A DNA stretch of 64,000 bases from Gekko japonicus (lineage: Eukaryota), in the NCBI RefSeq assembly GCF_001447785.1, contig NW_015167122.1, positions 139,827-203,826 of the forward strand, read 5' to 3'. Numbering within the stretch: the first letter of the stretch is position 1; every line of letters starts with the position of its first letter. Below, in pieces: positions 1-10,800 of this stretch. The position numbers and the translations under genes were made by a program. The notes below the pieces were generated by a model that ran no database searches, was not told the origin of the DNA, and was given only the letters and a program-made list of their open reading frames with translations.

Positions 1-1060
1 ATATTTACATGATCTCCTCTGTTCTGCATAATTCACATATCTCATATCCCTACTGTGAATACAGCAGCAAAATGAATATGCACTTAAAAAAAAGATTCAA
101 AGTTTTGTTAGAATCCTGCAACCTTATACTTCCACAGTGAAAGAAAGTCCTCAGCACTGCTGCCTTCCCTCTTAAGTGCTGAGATATACCATTTTACATG
201 CTCTCATTTTCTATATAGAGAGAAAAGGAGTACAAATGAATAATGTGTTCTAGGATGGGATGACTGAGGTTCATATCCCTGATCAGCCATGAAGCTCAGT
301 GGGGAGGCTTGCCAACCTCCAGGTGGTGGCTCAAGATCTCCTGGGATTACAGCTGATATCCAGACAACAGAGATCAGTTCCCCTGGAGCAAATGGCCACT
401 GGAGACTGGACTCTATGACATTTTATACCCTGCTGAGGTCCCTCCCCTCCCTAAACCATACCCTCCTCAGGCTCCACTCCCAAAATCTTCAACCCTATCA
501 ATGGGTGACCTTAGGAGAATGACAATCTTGGAGTCTAGCCTACGTCACAAAGTCATCATAAAGATAAAACGGAAGGAGGTGAAATCCAAGTGCACAACCC
601 TGAGCTCCTTGGAGGAAGACCAAGACAAAAGTGAAACAACCTTCAGCCTCTACTTCTTCTACCACTACAGAGACAGCTGAACATTTTCTCTATAAATATT
701 CCAAAAAATGGCATCAGTCATAAAGATGTATATTTAGTGCAAGCACACGCCATTCCAGCAGCAGAGCCTTACCGGGAACCTTCTCTGTATCCCAGGCCTC
801 TGAAGATACCACAGAATAAATAAATGAAGCTGCCTTATACAGAAGCAGACCACTGGTCCATCAAAGTCAGCAGTGTCTGCTCAGATTGGCAGCGGCTCTC
901 CAGGGTCTCAGGTAGGAGCCTTTCCCATAACCTATTCCCTGGTCCTTTTTAACCAGGAGATGCCAGGGATTGAACATGGAACCTTTTGCACACAAAGCAG
1001 AGGCTCTTCCACTGAACCACAGCCCCTAATGGGATGTAGAACAGGTGTTAATCCCAGGAT

Positions 1061-1547
1061 TAGGGGTGTGCATTTGGGTCTACCTGACCTGAAAATATAT
1101 CCCCAAACAAACCTTTTTGGCATTTTTCGATATCCCAAATGTATCCGGGATTTTTGGGATAACTGGGGGGGAAATCCCCCCAAAAATCCCAGATATATTC
1201 AGGAATTACCAGCAAACCCTAAACAACAGTTGAGGGGATGGAGCAGATTGCTCTAGTCACTCAGGTGTTTTGGGGCTTTCTTCTGCAGCCCCTTTAAATA
1301 GGAGGTGTTTAAAGGGTCTTCAGAAAACAGCCTGCAAAACAGCTGAGGGGGCACTCTTCCCCACCAGCCCAGATGGGGCTCTTTTGGGCTATTCAACCAA
1401 ACTGCCAAAGAGAGCCCCAGCTGAGCCTGCAGGGAGAGTTCTCCACACAGGATCAGCTGCTTTGCAGGCTCTGTTGGGCCTGCAGTGGAGCCTGCAGGGA
1501 GAGACCCGAACCAAAAATATACAGAGAAAAAAAATTGCATACCCCTA
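1061..1547. mobile_element. Non-autonomous hAT-like DNA transposon
   Basis: TIRs TAGGGGTGTGCA / TGCATACCCCTA (11/12 match) and a degenerate 8-bp TSD. Confidence 0.6.
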
Positions 1548-1560
1548 CGTAGGGTGGGTT

Positions 1561-2310
1561 TTTGTTGTTGTTCAGTCGCACAGTCGAGTCCGACTCTTCG
1601 CGACCCCATGGACCAGATCACACCAGGCCTTCCTGTCTTCCACCATCTTCTGAAGTCGGCTCAATTTATTGTTCGTTGCATCTATGACACTGTCTAACCA
1701 TCTCATCCTTTGCCGTCCCCGTCTTCTTTGACCTTCAATCTTTTCCAGCATCAGGGTCTTCTCCAGTGAGTGCTCCCTTCTCATTTGGTGGCCAAAGTAT
1801 TTGGGACTCTCAAGAATCTTCTCCAGCACCATAGTTCAAAAGAATTTATTCTTCGGCGCTCGGCCTTCCTTATAGTCCAACTCTCGTAGCCATACATGAC
1901 TACTGGGAATACCATTGCTTTGACCATGCGGACTTTTGTTGGCAGGGTGATGTCTCTACTTTTTATCATGCTGTTTAGGTTCGCCATCGCTTTCCTCCCA
2001 AGGAGCAGGCGTCTTTTAATTTCATGGCTGCTGTCACAGTCTGCGGTGATCTGGGATTCCAGGAACGTGAAGTCTGTCACTACTTCCACAACTTCTCCTT
2101 CTATTTGCCAAGGAGTGATGGGGCCGGATGCCATGATCTTAGTTTTTTTGATGTTGAGCTTCAAGCCGACTTTTGCGCTCTCCTCTTTTACTCTGAGCAA
2201 GAGGCTCTTTAGGTCCTCTTCACTTTCTGCCATCAGAGTAGTATCGTCTGCATATCTGAGGTTGTTGATCTTTTCCCCAGCAATTTTAATTCCTGCCTGT
2301 GATTCATCCA
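1561..2310 (-). mobile_element. BovB (RTE-clade LINE) 3' fragment with RT domain
   Basis: ORF 1781-2314 has QAGIKIAG..NNLRYADDTTLMAESEE, the C-terminus matches BovB (RRRGRQRMRWLD), and there is a (CAA)n tail. Confidence 0.92.
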
Positions 2311-3881
2311 CCAAATGTCAATTGAGCTACAATTCCCAACTGGGACATCTTTCTGTCAAGTAACAGCACCAACCAAGGTATCAATGCCCAAATGCCAAAC
2401 TGATTCTCAAGTGACTGCCCAACATGCCTTCTGGGTATAGAGCAGGAGTCACTGGGGGAGTGGGAGGTAGCTGTACATTTCCTGCATTGTGCAGAGAATT
2501 GGACTAGGTGACCCTTGGAGTCATTTCCAGCTCTATGTTTCTAACATACAGACCTTCAGAGGCAGAACCCTGTACATTATTGAGGAAGACATTTCATAAA
2601 GAAGGATGCAGTAGTAATTTTCTCTGGGGGGCTGAGATTGATATGGTATGCCTATACTGCTCATAATTTATGCTTTTAGGAACAAAAGCCAACAAAACAG
2701 CAAAGCAGTGACTCAAGAGCTTCCAAAAGCCCCACAGGATAAACACAAAAGACTAAAAACCCTTAATGCCCAAGCAATTGTACTCCCATTCCTTTGTGTA
2801 TACATGTCCGGACTGAAAGTGGAGACCCAGATTGCTTCCATCCTACAAAACACAAAATAAACTGCAAAACTATAGGCATGATCAGGCCCCCAAAGGCCAC
2901 TATGCAATTATGGGAAACAGATTCCCATATACCAAATGGGTATCAAATTCTAAAATAGTGCAAGCAAACAAGATCACCCATGGAAGGATATGTGGATTGC
3001 ACAGGAAACCTATGTGTCATAGAAGAGTGAAGGGGAGACATCTGCTTGAAGACAGTGAATCTGTTATGGGCTTTCTATAAGAAACCAGTGTAGCAGGACA
3101 TCTGCTCAATGCAGTGCTGTTGTGCTAAGTATGCTGTGCCTTGGCAGGCTCTTTGTTCTAAACAGAGGCACTTCTGCACCTTTCTTCACGAAATCAAGCA
3201 ACTCACTCCCCCTGGCAGAAGCAGAAGCCCTGCACGAGGGCTCATGCAAGAGCTAGCAGTGGGATGCCTTAAAGGTGGTGCAGGACTGCAGTTAGCAGGC
3301 ACTTGCATGCAGCAAAGTAACCACGGAAGAGCCTACAGAGAGGCCACTGGAGTCTTCATTGCCAGGAGGAGAACCTGTTAGCTATAAGGACCAGACGCTT
3401 GGTGCAGATGGTGAAAACCAAAGGAAGCCAATGCAGATTTATGGAGACAGACAACACAAAGACAACAAAAGGGGAAATGATTGTGAAGCAAGGGAGGATG
3501 TCACTATTAAATACAACCCTGAAAACAATAATTTTTTTAACGTGACTGTGCTCTGCAGACGAGGAGACAAAAGCAGTCTTATGCTTTAGGACAAGAGGTT
3601 TTTGAAAATGATAAATGTCACCAGCAGTGCTCCCTCTAACCTGAGTTTGTGTGAGCTAGCTCAGTTTTTTAGCCTCCACCTCACACATTTTTGTCTTAGC
3701 TCAGGAAGGATGGCTCCAGAGCAAACTAACTGATGCAGCAGCCAAATCGCTCGCTCACAACTTTTAATGCCAGTAGCTCACAAAGTAGAATTTTTGCTCA
3801 CAGGACTCCACAGCTTAGAAGGAATATTGGTCACAAGATTTCTGTAGACCTCTGCTATCCTTTTTTAAAAAAATAACTGAC

Positions 3882-6490
3882 CTGTGCCAATACTCTTGAT
3901 TTGGCCACGTTGTTTTCCAGCCCCTCTCCTTCCTTGCTAGAGACAACTGCTCCAAGTTACGAGGATTCCGGTTAGTAAAATCAGGAGCAACAATCTCATT
4001 TTCTGTTAAATCCAGTTCATTCTCAAAAGAAGGTGTGGAACTGGAAATTGCAGAACTGAATCGAATACCTATAGAGGAGTAAAAGAAAAACGACTTTGTT
4101 TAAGAGACATTGAAAATAACCCAATCCATATTCAAAGTAAAACATGAATATAATGCTGTTCTAGTATACAACTTACATTATAAAGACACAATTCTGCAGA
4201 AACGTAGCTGAAAGTAAAATAATCTAAAATCTATTGCTGAATGGGGGAATGAGAGACAGTTGCCAGTTTTCCACAGGAACCCTGACAACCAAATTTTATA
4301 TGAGAAGATGTATCGTGTTCATCCTATTGAACTCAAGCGGACTGTATCTGAATAACATGTTTTAAGATGGTCAGGTAATCTTGACATAGTTATAGTCTTA
4401 CATTAATCTCTTTGATGAGGCTTGTTTACAATGTGTCCCTATTTACCATAGGAAAAAGTAGGTAACCACATTTGTCCATAGCAAAATCCAAATACAAAAG
4501 CAATTTTAATACTTTTTATTAAGACCATATTTGGTAAATCACTTTTAGTGTTCTGGAGAAATTCTTAAAATGGCATTACAAGATCCTGTATTGTGCAGTG
4601 GTTAGAGTGTGGGAGCAGAACTAGGGAAACCCAGGTTTAAATCCCCACTTGCCAGGAAACTAGCTGAGTGACCATAAACCAGACATTGTCTCTCAGCCTA
4701 ATTTTCCTCAGGGTATTGTGAAGATAAAATGTAGGAAGGTAGAACCATGTACATCAGGTTATTTATTTACACCTGTGAGATGAAGGACATGATACTTCTG
4801 CATTTAATTCAATTTACTTCCAAGAGTGCACGGCACTGCATCCTAACAAGAAAACAAGTTTTATAAGTAGGTATGTACTCATGGATCACTACCTTGACGT
4901 GGCGAGGGGGCTTGTGTAGTCCGATGAGGCTGCGACCTATGCCAGTGGAGAGCTCAGACAAAACGTGATCCACTGGAGAAGGAAATGGCAACCCACTCCA
5001 GTATCTTTGCCAAGAAAACCCCATGGACAGTAACAAAAGGCTAAAAGATATGACACTGGAAGATGAGCCCCTCAGGTCAGAAGGTGTCCAATATGCTACA
5101 GGGGAAGAGCAGAGGGCACGTACAAGTAACCCCAGAAAGAGTGAAGCGGCTGGGCCAAAGCCGAAAGGACGCTCAGCTGTGAATATGTCTGATGGTGAGA
5201 GGAAAGTCCGATGCTGCAAAGAACAATACCGCATAGGAACCTGGAATGTAAGATCTATGAATCAAGGTAAGCTTGACGTGGTAAAAAATGAGATGGCAAG
5301 ACTGAACATTGATATCTTAGGAATCAGTGAACTAAAGTGGACAGGAAGAAGAAGAGATTGGATTTATACCCAGCCCTTCACTTGGAGTCTCCGAGTGGCT
5401 TACAAACTCCTTTCCCTTCCCCTCCCCACAACAGACACTCTGTGTAGTGGGTGGGGCTGAGAGAACTCTGACACAAATTGCTCTTTTTCAAGGACAGCTG
5501 TGCCAGAGCTTGTGACTGACCCAAGATCACATCAGCAGGTGCAAGTGGAGGAGTGGGGAATCAAAGCCGGTTGTCCCAGATTAGAGTCCACTACACCAAA
5601 CTGGAATGGGCAAATTTAACTCAGAAGACCATTATATCTACTACTGTGGCCAGGAATCTCGTAGAAAAAATGGTGTGGCCTTTATAGTCAACAAGAGAGT
5701 GCAGGGGTCAGTACTGGGATACAATCTCAAAAATGACAGAATGATCTTGGTTCGAAACCAAGGCAAACCATTCAGCATCACAGTAATCCAAGTCTATGCC
5801 CCAACCACTGACACCACCAAATGAGAAGGAAGCACTCACTGGAGAAGACCCTGATGCTGGGAAAGACTGAAGGTCAAAGAAGAAGGGGAGGGCAAAGGAT
5901 GAGATGATTAGACAGTATTATCAATGCAATGAACATGAAGTTGAGCCAACTCCGGAGGACGACAGAGGACAGGAGGGCCTGGCATGATAGCAAAGAGTCG
6001 GACTCAACTGTGTGACTGAAGAACAACAAGAACATGTACAGATGGGCCCAGGTCGCAAGAAGAGTAAGTATAAATCTGTTAATCAGCTTAACCATTCACT
6101 ACCCATCCATTCCAGTCATTTTCAGAGGCCCTGCTTTGGATGCCCCTGTTACAAAAGACAAGATAGGTGGCAACTTTAAAATGAATTTGACCTGTATCTG
6201 ATGAAGTGTACTTGCACACGAAAACTTATACCCAGAATTAAACTTTGTTGGTCTTAAAGGTGCCACTGGACTCAAACTCTGTTCTATATGTCAATTAAGT
6301 TAGTTCCCAAGCCGATGTGTTTAGGACAATCCTCCCACTTTCTTGCACTATACTCAGTCTCTCAGGATGTCTTATCAGTTTCGTGCGTTTTTGTGGTCAA
6401 CCCACACTCCCAGACTTCTGTACCTTGACCAGGTCCCAGGAATCCCTTGGCTGAAGTCCCCAGCTGCAAAGTCCATCTTCTCAATGCCAT
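3882..6490 (-). CDS. MRPL18: Mitochondrial ribosomal protein L18, coding exons 1 (6490-6424) and 2 (4068-3882); the remaining exons lie left of the window
   Basis: Manual splice gives [85 protein letters not shown]. The [17 protein letters not shown] motif is diagnostic. GT-AG boundaries are in compatible phase, and the gene is head-to-head with TCP1 as in other vertebrates. Confidence 0.93.
4879..6033 (+). mobile_element. Internally deleted BovB (5' end and endonuclease joined to the 3' end), interrupted by a SINE
   Basis: [25 protein letters not shown] / [21 protein letters not shown], then a jump at ~5815 to the 3' terminus with its CAA tail. ATGTAC flanks both ends. Confidence 0.85.
5346..5603 (-). 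mobile_element. tRNA-derived SINE, Squam3-like, inserted in BovB
   Basis: The minus strand reads CCAGTTTGGTGTAGTGG...TTCCCCACTCCTCCAC...GGGTATAAATCCAATCTCTTCTTCTT. It is flanked by ACAGGAA/ACTGGAA. Confidence 0.75.
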
Positions 6491-7825
6491 CCTGCCAGGG
6501 TGGTGGTATCAAACTGCCAGGGCGGTAATCGCCAAGAACCGCAACTACGAGACGCTATGTAGTACCATCTTTACTAAGGGAACAAAATTCTTAGATGTAG
6601 CCAATACTTAAATCTGTATGCTAACCACGAAAGAGAACTGCAGCCCTCAACAGAAATGGCACCACCAACATTCACAAAAGGTGGATGTACTCCTGCCTCT
6701 GATTGGTCATTTCACGTAAATCCGCCCCTTTCTTCTAAGGAAAGTCCTATTCAGCCAATAGTTGCTCCAGATTGATGGTAGGGTCGCTAATATTGTAATC
6801 ATATCCGGCGCAGCCTTTTTTGTCACAACTCCCATTTTTTTCCCTCGTGTAGGTCACGAGTGTCCTCCAATATTATAAGGCAAAAAATGCCTGCGCCATA
6901 TTCCTTTTTTTAGGACTTGCAGCCCACGATGGCATAATGTAGAGTAAAAAGCTCAAAGATTGGATTTATTTGCTTTATAGTCCGCTTCCTTTCAAGAAGC
7001 TACAAGATGGTGGGGTTGCTGGGGGTGTAGTTCAAACGTCACCCAATAGTAATTAAGGTGAGAAAACGTAAAGTGGGTTTCTCTTTCAAACACCGGAGAA
7101 GAAGGGAGAGAAACGGCTGACACTCCTTGGTCTCAAACACTTTCTAGAATCGCCTAAGTAAAGGTAAAGGTTCCCTTGCTCGAAAGCCAGTCGAATCCGA
7201 CTCTAGGGTTGCAGTGCTCATCTCTGTTTCAAAGCCGAAGAGCCAGCGCTGTCCGAAGACATTTCCGTGGTCATGTGGCCAGCATGACTAAACACCAAGG
7301 TGCACGGAACGCTGTTACCTTCCCACCGAAGTGGTACCTATTTATCTACTTGCAATTTCTTGCTTTCGAACTGCTAGGTTGGCAGGAGCTGGAACTACGA
7401 GACAGGAGCTCACTCCGTCTTGCGGTAACCGGGTCTTGAACTGCTGAATTACCGACCTTCCACAGCCTGCAGTTCAGCATCTTAACCACTTGAGCCACCG
7501 CAGCCTAGAACACATTTAACTGTCACTCCCCGCGTATGACCGGGCTCGCTTGTTACTATGCAACGGTGGCAAAATTCTCATTTGTTTAACGCACGACCAA
7601 TCAGCGGCAAAAACGGAACCGGCCGATGTGTAACGGGTCTCTGAATTGGTTATTCTTCTTCTACGTCATAGCTACTTTGCGCTACTTTCCTTGATTATTC
7701 TCGCCCCTCCCTTTCAGTCTTCCGCAGGCACCATTTTGACAGGCGGGGTCACCCAGAAAGCACTGCGCCATTAGGGGACTGAGTGGTACGCGCACGTTGC
7801 CTTTTTTGTCTCTTTGTTCGGAAAG
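6491..7825. promoter_or_regulatory. Bidirectional MRPL18/TCP1 promoter region, CpG-rich toward TCP1
   Basis: Divergent ATGs at 6490 and 7826. CCAAT boxes (~6702 reverse, ~6755, ~7597), GC box ~6722, CRE-like TACGTCA ~7661, YY1-like CCATTTTG ~7731, NRF1-like ACGCGCACG ~7787 and a pyrimidine tract at 7799-7815. Confidence 0.75.
7157..7504 (-). mobile_element. Sauria SINE (full length) in the MRPL18/TCP1 promoter
   Basis: (ACCTTT)n tail and a tRNA-like head GCTGCGGTGGCTCAAGTGGTTAAG. Highly similar to the other copies in the window. Confidence 0.9.
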
Positions 7826-10800
7826 ATGGCGGCGCTGGAGGGACCTTTGGCGGTCTTCGGAGACCGGGGCACCGGTGAGACCGTTCGCACCCAGAACGGT
7901 AAAGAAAACAGACTCTCCTTGTCCTTTCGTTCTTCTGGCCCGTTTTCCGGATAGTTAACGGTCGCGTCATTGCCTTTTTTTCATCCCTCGCGTGGGGACA
8001 GTTGAGGCGCGCGTACATGATAAAATGGGGCGTCTTCTCTGGTCACGCAGCCGGCGGATGTCGCGGCGAGGTGAGGGTGACAAATTGATGTTCCCCGTCG
8101 CTTCAACAGGGTAGAAGCGGAGATTTCATCTGCCGAAATGGCGTTACTAGATCCTAAGATAATACGATCTTATTGTTGTCCTGTATCTCGGTCTAAGCTA
8201 CGCGAGGAGGCCTTTGTGGTTTTGTAATGAGCTTGTCAGTATGTTCGCCAGTACAGTATCTTTCAAATAATTAATTGTTCTCGTTTGACACTTATTTAAG
8301 CAGTGGTTGCATTTTCCTAGCTCTAGTACCGGCATGCTTTGCATAGTAGTACTTATAACCCACGTGAAGACTTCTCCGAGCCTAATGAAAAGTGCTTGCT
8401 GAGTGAGTGGGATGGAGAAGGTCTTACAACTGTTAATCGAAATTACCTCCGTATATGGTAAAGGTTCCCTTGCTCGAAAGCCAGTCGAGTCCGACTCTAG
8501 AGTTGCGGTGCTCATCTCCGTTTCAAAGCCGAAGAGCCAGCGCTGTCTGAAAACGTTTCCGTGGTCATGTGGCCGGCATGACTAAACACCAAGGCGCACG
8601 GAACGCTGTTACCTTCCCACCTTATATGGTACTTGTAGCTTAAAGGCTTGCTGTTTCATTAGCAGGTTTCAGAATTTTTTATTAAACCTCTTTGTACAAT
8701 CATTCCATTATTACACTTGTAGAAATTATATGATTGGATTTTGTATAGTGATTTTTTTAAAGTGGCATATTTAAAAGAACTTATTTTTATTTGTTATGTT
8801 TACAGCATGTATATTTTGCTTTTCTGTCTGGCTAAAAGTCTTCACCTGCTGGCAGAAGCCAGTGATAGGAGAGGAGTAACCATTCTATTAATCAATTGTT
8901 TTGTTTTCTTAATCTGTGGTATTGGCATATAGGTAGTGACTCCAAACTCAGAAGGCTATTTAGAATCTGTCTCCAAATAGGATCTGGATCTTTCCCATTC
9001 TACTACCATTTATTTGTGTTACAAATTAAGTGGTTATGCTTATGGGATAAATGAAAGCTTGTCAGAGTCTGAAGGGGAAGATCAACTATATCTTCTTCCT
9101 ATATGAACTGGCAGAACAGTCTTACAAAGAGCTCATTTAAAGTATGACACTGACCTGGTTCATATTGTGCTCAGTGCAGCCGTTGTGTATGTGATAAAGG
9201 GAGATTCGAACTTGCGTGTCTGTAAGATGCTTTAGTAATGAAAATGGGTGTAAACAAGTAAATAGCTGTACACGTAAGCTCATTTGATCTATCCATTGTG
9301 AAAAAAGGATGGTTAGACTGTGTGAAGGACCTGGTTCATAGGTTTAAGATGCAGACATTGTGCATGAGCTTAAGGCTTGCTTGTGCACTTCTGTGATAAC
9401 AGGCTACAAGCAGAGGTATCATGTAAACTCAGCCATGGTAAGCAAAGCGCGGTCAGTCTTGAAATCAGAATCATCCTAGAACTGTTTTGCTTTCTTTAAG
9501 GGCTTTGATTTACTCTGTTAACAAAGAAATTGTATGAATTTTTTTATTGAAACAGTTGTGGCTGCTGCTTCCATTGCCAACATTGTGAAGAGTTCCCTTG
9601 GCCCAGTTGGTTTGGATAAAATGTTGGTGGATGACATTGGTGTAAGTAAACATTATTTCCAATGAGAAGGTTTTAGAGGAAAGTGTGTTGTGTGCTTAAC
9701 TGATACATGTTGAAGGTGAAATTGTATACCTATTTTCTGTAATGGTATTTGCACCCTGTGGCTGTGTAATCTATGGTAATTTTATCAACGTAAGTATTCT
9801 TAAATTTTTGATTTTTGTATGGCACACATTTCTGTAGATTTAGAGGCCAATGTCTTGTGTCTACATAGAATATCCTGTGATATATGAAATAATTCTGTTT
9901 CTCACAATCCAGTAATGTGCTGACAAGAAATTTTATGCAAAACTAAAGTCTTTGATAAAAGCCGTATTGAAGTACATAAAGTCAGTGAGTTTGAGAAACC
10001 ATCCTTAGCAGCCTTGCAAATATGCACGTTATTTACATGCCCAGAAAAAAGAATTACTAGCCTGCTGATATAAAATTTGTGAGTAACAAATAGTGAAAAT
10101 GGTGTAGCAGCAAATCCTACCATTCTTAATGCCAGTTTTTAGGTATTCTACCTAAAATCAGCCCCACTGTATTTAATGAGGTTTACTCCTATTAGCATGT
10201 GTGGGATAGCTATTTAAGTGATTCGGGAATGTGAATGGAGAAACAAAACGCCAGTAAGATTAATGTATGTAGGTTCACTGTAGAAGTTCATTAAGCACAG
10301 TAGCACATCCATACCCCAATGCATTTGTTACTCAACCATTTAGCTAATGGTAGCTTTGTCAGTATTTTTTAATTCAGGTTATTATATTTCATTATCTTAA
10401 TGCTGAGCATAAATAATGTTTTGCCATGTTTGGATAACTAGGACGTGACCATTACGAATGATGGTGCAACCATTCTGAAGCTGCTGGAGGTAGAGCATCC
10501 TGCTGCAAAAGTTCTGTGTGAACTAGCAGAACTACAAGATAAAGAAGTAGGAGATGGCACCACCTCTGTGGTATGTGTGTATATCCAGACTCAAAGGTTT
10601 TGACAGCAAGTCATTGTTGTGTAGTGTTACTCTGTAGTTTTGAAATCTGCGCTGCTCTCAAGTTTTTCCACATTATTTAAATAATTGCCTAAACGTAGCT
10701 AACTTTTACTGGCTCGAAGATTTGAACATGCAGTCATTCTAACATCACAACCAAAAAGTGTAGAAGCATCTTTTTTTAAAAAAAAATGATATAATTTTAA

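Noticed and set aside
2713-2907. NGSTIAWALR peptide as a possible MRPL18 exon 3
   Set aside because: It lacks the SAST.EW and G.VLA.RCLE motifs; exon 3 is probably left of position 1.
7176-7439. Recurrent ~90-aa ORF MLESQSNPTLGL... (also at 27727, 34437, 26069)
   Set aside because: It is the antisense reading of Sauria SINE copies, not a gene family.
7440-7504. tRNA-like A/B boxes
   Set aside because: They form the head of a tRNA-derived SINE, not a tRNA gene.
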